Source: Candidatus Nanoarchaeia archaeon (lineage in GTDB: Archaea; Nanobdellota; Nanobdellia; SCGC-AAA011-G17; JACPNG01). Taken from it: 64,000 bases of DNA. Numbering within the stretch: position 1 is the stretch's first letter; every line of letters begins with the position of its first letter. Shown in pieces: positions 20,227 to 28,172 of the stretch. Below the pieces are notes generated by a model. It made no database searches. It saw only the letters and a list, made by a program, of their open reading frames with translations, and was not told where the DNA came from. The translations under genes were made by a program, and so were the position numbers. The stretch lies in NCBI GenBank assembly GCA_028714095.1, contig JAQTMY010000001.1, positions 277,804 to 341,803 of the forward strand. The letters run 5' to 3'.

Positions 20227-22136
20227 ACTAACTCCGGATATTCAAAAAACATACTATTTGTATATTCGTTAAATTCATCTGTGAATTTGGATGCATCTTC
20301 GTAAAACAAATCTGAATCATCATATATTGCATACAAAAGGATTTTATTAGATCCATTTAATTGATCTCTTGATAAACTAAACTCAAATTCCCCTCCGCCT
20401 ATTAGATTTTGTTTAATCTTCTGCTCAGGGATGATATTTTCTACGCATTGACTTTTTGTTTGTCCTATCAAACCTAAAATTCCATCAGGTACATCAACGC
20501 ATTTTACAATTGTCCTTTCTGGTATTGTTATTGTTTTTCCTTCTTCATCAATAATATAAGATCTAACCTTGTAAGTTCCTGGAATAATTTTTAATATCCC
20601 TTCCTTGTTGCTTACTATCGTATTATAATTATCACTTTTAAATTCAAAGAACACATTTTCATTTTCAACCTTTCTTATCGCTCCTGTATTCTTATTAATT
20701 AATCTAACTTCATAACCTAAATTATAATAAGGCTCCAGATAAATAACAGCCTCATCCTCTTTTGTTGTTGATAAAATCTTGTTTCCTACCCCAAATTCGT
20801 TTTCTGCAGTAAGATACCCATTTACACATCCAGGGAAATATCCGTCAAATACCCCAGAACTTTCACCGATATAGCAGTTGCTAAACCCGCAATTATAAGA
20901 AAGCTTGGCAGGAGCTTCTTCATTCGTTTTAATATCAATAGTTCTTATTCTCACTAATTGAGTTTTGGAATTGCATATTTTATTATTGAACATTGAGATA
21001 TTATTATTGCTTAATGTATCCTTTCTTGGCTGGTTTTTCTCTATAACAACCATTGTTGCAAACTGGAATATATCCTTATCAGAATTTAGTGTAAATAGAA
21101 CAGGATATCTTATGTTATAGGCAAACTGATATTCATTTATGCAGAACCCCCCAGGCAATATATTATTACTTGTTCCTGAAAAACCCTGAGCAACAAGTAT
21201 CTCTCCTTCATTTGGTGTAACCTCTGTCTCAAATGGCCAGGATTGAAGATATCTTAAGTTGATGTTTATATCATAACTTTTCTTTAAAGCTCTCCATTCA
21301 AAGTATTTTTCAGTATTTGCATACCTAGTCCCTATAATCTTTATGTTTGGGATGTTTGTTTCTACAATTGCTTTTAGTTTATTATTTACCTCTTCAGTCA
21401 TCCATACTTTTGCTCCGCAGCTAAATTCAGTTCCAGAGTAAGGGATATCATCATAAACAGTTAACATGTCAATTGTTTTTTCCTCCAGAAAATAGTCAGT
21501 ATTTTCCTGCTCTAGTATCTGGACAGCTATTTTATATAATTCTCCAAAATCAGATTCAAGAACAGAACTAAAATCCTCTATCTTGAATTCTTTATCAGCC
21601 CTTTTTATTGTGGTTGGCATATTTAATCCAGTTCCAATCTCATTATTTTCTATGCTTATTTTAACCTCTTTTTCCCCGGTTTTGATGTTGTATCCTGAAA
21701 ATCCACTGAAATTATTTAAACATAAATCTAAATTTGATTTAACATAAATTCCCAGGTTTTTTTCTATCTCTCCAAGGCTTGGATACTGTAACTTATCTAC
21801 ATTGTTTGCTTTCCTGTAGTACCAGTAAGGAACTTCCAGATCTCCGAATGATAGTTTATTTGAGACTTTGTTGAAATCTGATATAGGAATGTTATCATCT
21901 TCTACATCAAGATACCCTCCCTGTAACCCCATCAGTTGGCTTCCTGAGAAAGTTACCTGCTGTAAGCAGCTCTCAACAAAATTTTTTACACTCTCTATCT
22001 CTTCACCTTCTTTCTCCCCAGTCAGAATCTCATTGCTTTTGTTTAACATTACTTCCCGGAAGGCAATGAATGCTCCAAGTACTACAACAATTATTATTCC
22101 TATTATTACAAATAAACTGACCTGACCTCTTTTCAT
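20223..22136 (-). CDS. Large extracellular protein with pilin-like (class III) signal peptide
   Basis: N-terminus MKRGQVSLFVIIGIIIVVVLGAF. ATGA overlaps on both sides. Its N-terminal ~170 aa are paralogous to ORF 55332-56018. Confidence 0.6.
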   Translation of the reverse strand: MKRGQVSLFVIIGIIIVVVLGAFIAFREVMLNKSNEILTGEKEGEEIESVKNFVESCLQQVTFSGSQLMGLQGGYLDVEDDNIPISDFNKVSNKLSFGDLEVPYWYYRKANNVDKLQYPSLGEIEKNLGIYVKSNLDLCLNNFSGFSGYNIKTGEKEVKISIENNEIGTGLNMPTTIKRADKEFKIEDFSSVLESDFGELYKIAVQILEQENTDYFLEEKTIDMLTVYDDIPYSGTEFSCGAKVWMTEEVNNKLKAIVETNIPNIKIIGTRYANTEKYFEWRALKKSYDININLRYLQSWPFETEVTPNEGEILVAQGFSGTSNNILPGGFCINEYQFAYNIRYPVLFTLNSDKDIFQFATMVVIEKNQPRKDTLSNNNISMFNNKICNSKTQLVRIRTIDIKTNEEAPAKLSYNCGFSNCYIGESSGVFDGYFPGCVNGYLTAENEFGVGNKILSTTKEDEAVIYLEPYYNLGYEVRLINKNTGAIRKVENENVFFEFKSDNYNTIVSNKEGILKIIPGTYKVRSYIIDEEGKTITIPERTIVKCVDVPDGILGLIGQTKSQCVENIIPEQKIKQNLIGGGEFEFSLSRDQLNGSNKILLYAIYDDSDLFYEDASKFTDEFNEYTNSMFFEYPELV

Positions 22137-22324
22137 TTTAGAGCTATAACTAATTTCGAGCCTCCGAGTTTTTTTATTTTAATTAATTTTTTCTTCTGCA
22201 TGTCTTCTATTATATCTGTAACTGTGGCATTTTTTATATTAAAAAAAGCAGCAATCATGCTGAAGTTCACTAGATTATCTCTTTTTTTTACAAAGTCCAA
22301 TATCTCTGCTTCTGTTGGTATCAT
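22133..22324 (-). CDS. Small winged-helix-like DNA-binding protein
   Basis: 63 aa; pattern ILDFVKKRDNLVNFSMIAAFFNIKNATVTDIIEDMQKKKLIKIKKLGG. First gene of the unit, with an ATGA overlap to the next. Confidence 0.5.
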   Translation of the reverse strand: MIPTEAEILDFVKKRDNLVNFSMIAAFFNIKNATVTDIIEDMQKKKLIKIKKLGGSKLVIALK

Positions 22325-22399
22325 TTAAAGTACTTTAAAAGCTTTATTTTAGTTGAAAAGCTTAAAAAAGCCTTTCTTTTAGGTTTAAAATATTTTAAA
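22324..22399. promoter_or_regulatory. Two perfect 16-nt palindromes of the form TTTAAA-N4-TTTAAA
   Basis: TTTAAAGTACTTTAAA at 22324-22339 touches the start codon. TTTAAAATATTTTAAA lies at 22384-22399. AAAGCTTT palindromes sit between them. Confidence 0.3.
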
Positions 22400-22457
22400 A
22401 CCTTTAATAATCTGAAAATAAATAGACAAAACTAATATATAAACATTTTGAAAGGGA

Positions 22458-22529
22458 TGGGCCCAGCCGGGATCGGACCGGCGACCTCTTCCACGTCAAG
22501 GAAACGTCATACCACTAGACCATGGGCCC
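22458..22529 (-). tRNA. tRNA-Val(GAC)
   Basis: Hand fold of the reverse complement: acceptor GGGCCCA/TGGGCCC, anticodon stem TTTCC/GGAAG, loop TTGACGT. The T-loop reads TCCGATC (C at position 55), which is atypical. Confidence 0.75.
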
Positions 22530-22541
22530 AAAAATATTGAA

Positions 22542-22616
22542 AGCCTCAGGAGGGAGTTGAACCCCCGACCTCCTGATTACAAGTCAGGCGCTCTAGCCAG
22601 GCTGAGCTACTGAGGC
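22542..22616 (-). tRNA. tRNA-Thr(UGU)
   Basis: Hand fold: acceptor GCCTCAG/CTGAGGC, anticodon stem CCTGA/TCAGG, loop CTTGTAA, T-loop TTCAACT. Confidence 0.85.
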
Positions 22617-22716
22617 ACAGATTATGACAACAGGGGTTTTTTTAAAAACGTTTCTATTAATACAAGTATATATATTATCTGGAAAAAGAGAGTTGTCTCT
22701 CTTTTAGTTAAAAATA

Positions 22717-23168
22717 TCGTAAGGGTTTCCTTAACCTTCTTAGGTAGCCTTGTTGATTTTGCTTGAATCTTCAGGTTTTAGCATTGGGGAAAGACAAAGA
22801 GGACCAAGTCCAAGGTTATAAATCACAGAATAACCTTTGACTATTTCTTGGATGGTCTCTTCATCAAGATCATCTGGGATAGTAAACCCCCTTATTGCAT
22901 TAAGAATTTTAAGGCAAGGTTTGCATTTTAAAGCATGCTCTTCTGTCCTGCTTAATTTTTCCTTAATCCCCTTAATCTCTTTAGGTGGGTTTTTTATATG
23001 GCAGATCGAGACCCAAGCAATTATGATAGCTATAGTCTCATTTTTCTTTGTGCACATGTTCCCTCATAGGCGCCTCCTGGGGTTTTACAGTTTTGCCACG
23101 TCTATATAACTATAGAATATATTCCTACCTAAGGACAATACTCACAGATGCAAGGAAAACCCTTACGA
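22717..23168. repeat. ~450-bp segment bounded by nested imperfect inverted repeats (structured RNA or MITE-like element)
   Basis: TCGTAAGGGTTTCCTT (22717-22732) pairs with AAGGAAAACCCTTACGA (23152-23168), with one indel. Just inside, CTTAGGTAG (22739-22747) pairs with CTACCTAAG (23125-23133). Confidence 0.5.
22740..23057 (-). CDS. Hypothetical 105-aa ORF inside the inverted-repeat-bounded segment
   Basis: ORF only, with no recognisable family. It may be spurious if the segment is an RNA. Confidence 0.25.
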   Translation of the reverse strand: MCTKKNETIAIIIAWVSICHIKNPPKEIKGIKEKLSRTEEHALKCKPCLKILNAIRGFTIPDDLDEETIQEIVKGYSVIYNLGLGPLCLSPMLKPEDSSKINKAT

Positions 23169-23206
23169 ATTATTTAAACAAGATTTTATAGAATAAATTT
23201 TATTAT

Positions 23207-24976
23207 TTAAATCTTTGCATGCAGGATTTCTAATCCTCTTCTGGTTATTCTTAATTCTTTCTTCCACCCTTTGTCATGCTTGATTGTTTCAGTTTTTATT
23301 AATCCTAAATCTTCAAGTTTTTTCTTTATGGCATTCCCTCTTCTCACACTAATATTAAATAATTCATAAACCTTTGAAATATTAAATCCCTCACTTTTTG
23401 ATACAAATTCCAGGAATTTTTTATCCTCACTTTCAAGATCAAATTCCTGTTTTTTAATCTTAACTTGCTCTTCTAGAAATTCTCTTGGAGCAGCAATTCC
23501 TGAAGCTTTAAATGCTTCATCTATATTTTCTACCTCTTCATCAATTTCCTTGTCAACTCTTTCCTTAACATAACCTTTTTTCTCCTCGTCCTTAAGAACT
23601 CTAGTCCCCATCCTTTCTTTTAGTTCATCATCTGTCACAACCTCATCCTTTAAGTGGACTAATGGGGTTTTTATCATAAATGGGCTTGTATGTCTTTCAG
23701 ATAATTTTACCAAGGCCTCTCCGACCATTAACATTGAGAAATAATCTTTGTGTTCTCTTAACTGCATAATTCCCGATATCTGTTCAAGGTCATCAGGCAG
23801 TACCTGCTGAAAAGCAATATTGCATGCACTATTTCCAGCTACAACCTCGCTTAATTTAGAGATATGCTGGTCTAAACAGATTAATCCAATACCATATTCT
23901 CTTACCTCTCTGTATAATACATCTGTGGCACTTTCTTTAATGAAATTTGGTTTATCCTTAAGGAATATGTTGTGGGCTTCATCAATTAAAATTGCCTGTG
24001 TAAATTCTCCTCTTGATGAATTCTCATTTGTTTTCTTATATTTGTATAAATAACTTAGGACAAACTCACAGAAGAACTTTTTCTGAGAACTGTTTAATGA
24101 ATGAAGTTCAAACAAAAGCTTGTCTCCAAAATAATCTTCAACCTTAACACTGTCTCTTCCTTTATATCCGATGACTTCCCCGAAGTCTCCAAAAGTTAAT
24201 GCGTGTGCAATTCTTAAAGCAGAAACTACCCATTCACTTTCCCTGTTTCTTATTTTCATTTCTTCTTCCTTAATTTCTAGTCTATCTTTTATCTGATGCC
24301 AAGTTGGATAATTATCAGAACCCTCATAAACTCCAAACTCCCTGAAAGCTTCATCTAACGTCTCTACCAGTATTTTATGTACTCCATAACTTGCAAAGAA
24401 ACTTTCAGTAATCATATCAACCAATAAGCTAATCCATTCTTTGTCAGGCACCCCTTTTGGTGGCCTGTTGATGTTTATCCTAAAGTTATTGTTTATTTTT
24501 GAATTACCTATTGTATAAACTTTAATCGTATTGTCTATTAAAATTAAGGACCTGAAACTTTTTTTCCAGTCAAAAATCCAGAATGGTTTTTTGTTTCTGA
24601 TTAAATTTCCAAGAAGTATGAATGCAAAATTAGTTTTACCAGATCCACTCATCCCACTCACACATATATGCCTTGGCCAGTCCCTATCTCTCAATCCAAA
24701 TGGATAATAATCTTTCTCAGCATAAGATATCATTCCTAGTGTATATGGTCCTCCAATAATGTCTTTTTGAGGGGGTTCAAGAAGAATTTTTTGGCTGAGC
24801 ATACTCTGGTTAAGATATTTGTGATATAATGCACTAATTGCCTGTTCTACCTCAAATTGTTCCTCTCCTCTTTCAGAGAGTCTGTATCTTAGATATAGTG
24901 CATCGATCTTTTTGCCAAAAACCGGCCTAAGCTTTCTGCACATTTCCTCAATAGTTAAGTCTCTTTCAAAAGCCAT
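23207..24976 (-). CDS. HerA/FtsK-like (DUF87-type) P-loop ATPase with C-terminal winged helix
   Basis: Walker A VSGMSGSGKTNFAF, FDWKKSF, Walker B AILIDEAHNIF. C-terminal ~70 aa are wHTH-like (ISKVYELFNISVRRGNAIKKKLEDLGLIK). Confidence 0.6.
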   Translation of the reverse strand: MAFERDLTIEEMCRKLRPVFGKKIDALYLRYRLSERGEEQFEVEQAISALYHKYLNQSMLSQKILLEPPQKDIIGGPYTLGMISYAEKDYYPFGLRDRDWPRHICVSGMSGSGKTNFAFILLGNLIRNKKPFWIFDWKKSFRSLILIDNTIKVYTIGNSKINNNFRININRPPKGVPDKEWISLLVDMITESFFASYGVHKILVETLDEAFREFGVYEGSDNYPTWHQIKDRLEIKEEEMKIRNRESEWVVSALRIAHALTFGDFGEVIGYKGRDSVKVEDYFGDKLLFELHSLNSSQKKFFCEFVLSYLYKYKKTNENSSRGEFTQAILIDEAHNIFLKDKPNFIKESATDVLYREVREYGIGLICLDQHISKLSEVVAGNSACNIAFQQVLPDDLEQISGIMQLREHKDYFSMLMVGEALVKLSERHTSPFMIKTPLVHLKDEVVTDDELKERMGTRVLKDEEKKGYVKERVDKEIDEEVENIDEAFKASGIAAPREFLEEQVKIKKQEFDLESEDKKFLEFVSKSEGFNISKVYELFNISVRRGNAIKKKLEDLGLIKTETIKHDKGWKKELRITRRGLEILHAKI

Positions 24977-24978
24977 TT

Positions 24979-25452
24979 TTACTCTAAGATTTTGTCAAGC
25001 ATGCTGGATTCGCTTTCTTTTTCTCTCAATTCCCTGTTCCACTCTCTTAGCTCTTTCTTCAGCATTGCAATATCTCTCCAGCATTCTAATTTTTCTTTTG
25101 CCTTAAGTTCCTCTAACTCTGCTTTTTTCTTAAGTAAATTTAATTTTTCTGCTGTTGCAGTAGGATCTGTACTAGAAACACTAATACTCATGGTATTAAT
25201 CTGACTTACAATCTTATCAATATCGTTGGCAATTTCCTTGGTTAATCTTTTTCTCTCTTCAACAAGTTCAAAAATTTCTTTTTGGCCTTCCTTTAATGAA
25301 ACAACATCTCTTTTCTGAATATTCTTTAATATATCTTCTCCTTCTGATTCCTCAAAATGAGCAGAGTAATCTCTAATCTTATTTTTTTCTTTTTTATTCT
25401 CATCTATCTCGAGATCAGATAAAAATCCTTCAAGTATGTCTCTCCTAACCAT
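24979..25452 (-). CDS. Coiled-coil protein, unknown function
   Basis: 157-aa highly charged heptad-like ORF. Its stop lies 2 nt before the ATPase start. Confidence 0.45.
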   Translation of the reverse strand: MVRRDILEGFLSDLEIDENKKEKNKIRDYSAHFEESEGEDILKNIQKRDVVSLKEGQKEIFELVEERKRLTKEIANDIDKIVSQINTMSISVSSTDPTATAEKLNLLKKKAELEELKAKEKLECWRDIAMLKKELREWNRELREKESESSMLDKILE

Positions 25453-25492
25453 TTTAACTACTTAATAATAAAAAAGAATTAATATATAAACA

Positions 25493-25527
25493 TTCCGGTT
25501 TATTCTGGGTTTTCCGGGGTCTTCCGG
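25493..25527 (-). promoter_or_regulatory. Three CCGGAA direct repeats upstream of a TATATAAA box
   Basis: Plus-strand TTCCGG at 25493-98, 25512-17 and 25522-27. TATATAAA at 25483-90 lies 31-38 nt upstream of the ATG at 25452. Confidence 0.3.
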
Positions 25528-25528
25528 A

Positions 25529-25714
25529 CTAATCATCAACTACTCTGACCGCCCCTTCAGGAGCATTGGCCTCACAGGCCCTGCATCCAATACACTCTTC
25601 AGGATTCTTTACAATAATTTTTCCTTTCTCTTTTGCAAAAACTCCTGTAGGACAGATATCTATAATTTCATCATGTTTTCCAAGTTTATCATAATTTATA
25701 ATTGGTTTTGGCAT
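25529..25714 (-). CDS. Small 4Fe-4S ferredoxin-like protein
   Basis: 61 aa with CPTGVF and CIGCRACEANAP cluster motifs. Confidence 0.65.
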   Translation of the reverse strand: MPKPIINYDKLGKHDEIIDICPTGVFAKEKGKIIVKNPEECIGCRACEANAPEGAVRVVDD

Positions 25715-25716
25715 TT

Positions 25717-26280
25717 CTACCCCCTCCTTTGTACTTTAGAGAAATCACAAAAAGTAACAGGATGTATCTTTTTGACATTATTCTTAATTGAAACCTGTAT
25801 CTTGTTTCTTATAATGTCCATTAAAACTTCAATATAATCTCTTTCTCCAATCTCCCTCTTCAGCTCTTCAATCATGACTTTTCTTAGGCTTTTCAGAACG
25901 TTTCTGGCAGCTTTTCCTTTAGTAATTAACATAGGTTTTATTATAATTTCAACATTATCCTTGGTTTTTAATTTTAAAGAATCTGCAATCTTTGAAGAGT
26001 TTATTCTTACAGATCTTTTAAGATGACTTTGAGGTATTTCATAACCAAAGAGTTCTGTAAATCCCCCTTTGTCCTTTACCTCTGTAACTTGGAAAATAAG
26101 TCTTGCATTTGGTTTTTTGACATCAGCAATCTTCCCAATGTCAACAATTACAGCCCTTCCTTTTAATTCATTAATATCATAAGCAGGAGTTTCCCCAATA
26201 ATTTGTTCTCTAAATTCCTTTGAGGCATAAATATCAAACCATTTTTTCTTTCCTTTTTTCAAAGTGCTCTTATTTGCCAT
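25717..26280 (-). CDS. rps3ae: 30S ribosomal protein S3Ae (S1e)
   Basis: KKGKKKWFDIYASKEFREQIIGETPA N-terminal signature; 187 aa. Confidence 0.85.
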   Translation of the reverse strand: MANKSTLKKGKKKWFDIYASKEFREQIIGETPAYDINELKGRAVIVDIGKIADVKKPNARLIFQVTEVKDKGGFTELFGYEIPQSHLKRSVRINSSKIADSLKLKTKDNVEIIIKPMLITKGKAARNVLKSLRKVMIEELKREIGERDYIEVLMDIIRNKIQVSIKNNVKKIHPVTFCDFSKVQRRG

Positions 26281-26317
26281 TTTTAAATTTCACCTATTTG
26301 TCCCTTAATAAACTTTT

Positions 26318-27676
26318 CTATTCCTCCTCAGAAAGTACTTTCTGAGCAGTTTCTATGAACTCTTTTTCTTTGTCTTGAGGGATTACAGCTCCGCAAGCAA
26401 GGGTATGCCCCCCAGATACAAAGTCTCCAACTTTTTTGGTTATCTTTAATAATTTGCTTCTTATGTCTGGCCCCTCTCCACCCGAAACCCTTCCTGATAT
26501 TTTGGTTTCTCCCACCGGATCATGGGCCATAATTAATACCATCTTTCCTTTTTCATAAATATTGGAATGAGATATTATTGAGGCAACAACTCCAACAAGA
26601 CTTATATTAATATTATTTCCTGCATGGATAATAACATAATTTTTTCCTTCAATAAACATCTCTTTGTTTTTGTAGAACCAATCTAATGATTTTCCTAATT
26701 TGCTCCTGTATTCTTCCAGAACTTTTAATCCTTCTTCCTTGACTTTTGATTTGTCTAAACATAAAGAAACTCCAAGTGAAGTTTTATTTAATCTTGCACA
26801 GGCATTAAGCATAGTGGAAAATTCCCTAAGATCTTCAATCCCTTCTATCTCTTTCACACAATAGCATTTTCTGGAGATGTTTTCAGATTCCTCGCTCCCA
26901 ATTCTCTTTAAGATTATTGCAGTTATTATTTTTTTTAGTTCGTCTTCACTTAAATCTGAAACCTTCCTAAAATTATTTTCTTTTTTGATATTAATTCCTA
27001 ATTCTTCTAAAAACCTGATCGCATTTTCTTCCTTTCCAGTTACTTCAGGTATATAAGGATCAAAACAATATTGTATTGCCTTATATATTGCTTTTTCTTT
27101 AGAACCCAAAAAATAAAATCCTTCTTTGATAAATATTTCTTTGTTTTCTATGGTTTCATCTAGTATTTTCTTGTTTACTCCTGAGAACTCTCCTTTTTCC
27201 TGATTGTCCCCCAAGGCTCCGACTATTGCTAAAAACCCTAAATCTTTGTTTATTTTATTAAATTCTTTTGCAAATAAATATACTATGCCTGCAGCAGAAA
27301 CCTCTTCATATCTTAACCTCTTGCTTGGGTTTAGATTAGTTATATCCCCTTTGTAATCTTCATGCATGTGATGATCTAAAACAAAAATATTTTTTCCTTT
27401 TAATCTCTTTTCAATATCCTTGAGCATGGCAGATCCTAAATCCAAAAAGAAAAAAGTTTCATAGTCCTCATGTTTAATTTCATCCAAGATTCTGTAATCA
27501 AGTTGTCTTGTAAATGAAACTGAAAAATTAAATTCTTCTCGAGTGAGTGCTTTAATTAGGATGGCAGCAGAACTAATCCCATCAGCATCCAGTTGACTTA
27601 TAATTCTTATAGGTTTTTTTGGAAGCTGTCTGAATCTTTTGACAGCTTCCTTTATCTCACCTAATAATATATCCAT
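26318..27676 (-). CDS. DHH/DHHA1 phosphoesterase, RecJ/GAN (Cdc45-like) family
   Basis: DHH motif SQLDADGISSAAIL, HHMHED, DHHA1 motif GGHTLACGA. The S15-RecJ-like-S3Ae neighbourhood is typical of archaea. Confidence 0.75.
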   Translation of the reverse strand: MDILLGEIKEAVKRFRQLPKKPIRIISQLDADGISSAAILIKALTREEFNFSVSFTRQLDYRILDEIKHEDYETFFFLDLGSAMLKDIEKRLKGKNIFVLDHHMHEDYKGDITNLNPSKRLRYEEVSAAGIVYLFAKEFNKINKDLGFLAIVGALGDNQEKGEFSGVNKKILDETIENKEIFIKEGFYFLGSKEKAIYKAIQYCFDPYIPEVTGKEENAIRFLEELGINIKKENNFRKVSDLSEDELKKIITAIILKRIGSEESENISRKCYCVKEIEGIEDLREFSTMLNACARLNKTSLGVSLCLDKSKVKEEGLKVLEEYRSKLGKSLDWFYKNKEMFIEGKNYVIIHAGNNINISLVGVVASIISHSNIYEKGKMVLIMAHDPVGETKISGRVSGGEGPDIRSKLLKITKKVGDFVSGGHTLACGAVIPQDKEKEFIETAQKVLSEEE

Positions 27677-27677
27677 C

Positions 27678-28133
27678 TTAACTTATAAGAAGTTTTACCT
27701 TTTCTCTATCATACTTCCAGTCTTGAGGCAACTTCCCTGTCCTTTTATAATATTTTATTAACCTATTAATCTTACTCCTGGTTAATAAAATTCCTCTCTT
27801 GGCACCTTCATCTTTTTTGTTTGTTTCAAGATGTTTCATCAATAATATCTCTTTCTTAATTAAAGCTGTAAAATCTTCAGGAAGTTCTTTATTCAGTTTG
27901 TTGTCTTCAAGAATTTTTGTTATCTTCTTGCCTGTAACTGTGTTAACATCAGGAACTCCATAGGAATCTCTTAATTCTATCCCAATCTCACTAGCGGTTT
28001 TTCCTTTTTTTGCTAGTTTTAGGACTAATTGTTCAACCTCTTTAATATCCCTTTTCATCCATCCTGGTTTTATTTTTTTACCTGGCTTTTTGCTTGAACT
28101 TTTTCCTTTATTCCTTGAATGCATCCTTGCCAT
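27678..28133 (-). CDS. rps15: 30S ribosomal protein S15 (S13e)
   Basis: MARMHSRNKGKSSSKKP start with GGAGGA SD 8 nt upstream. The track start at 28148 is a TTG extension. Confidence 0.85.
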   Translation of the reverse strand: MARMHSRNKGKSSSKKPGKKIKPGWMKRDIKEVEQLVLKLAKKGKTASEIGIELRDSYGVPDVNTVTGKKITKILEDNKLNKELPEDFTALIKKEILLMKHLETNKKDEGAKRGILLTRSKINRLIKYYKRTGKLPQDWKYDREKVKLLIS

Positions 28134-28150
28134 AACATAATCCTCCAACG

Positions 28151-28172
28151 CAGAAATAGATTTCTATTTCTG
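28151..28172 (-). promoter_or_regulatory. Perfect 9-bp hairpin in the rps15 leader
   Basis: CAGAAATAG-ATTT-CTATTTCTG lies immediately 5' of the SD on the mRNA strand. The candidate TATA box is at 28224-28231. Confidence 0.3.

Noticed and set aside
22717-23168. RNase P RNA or SRP RNA identity for the IR-bounded segment
   Set aside because: GAGGACCAAGTCC (22799-22811) loosely resembles the CR-I box GAGGAAAGUCC, and ACAGA occurs near the 3' end. However, the helix order does not fit a P1/P2/P4 layout. There is no ACAGAA..GCUUA box and no SRP helix-8 GGAAGCAGCC-like motif. The identity is left unclassified pending cmscan.
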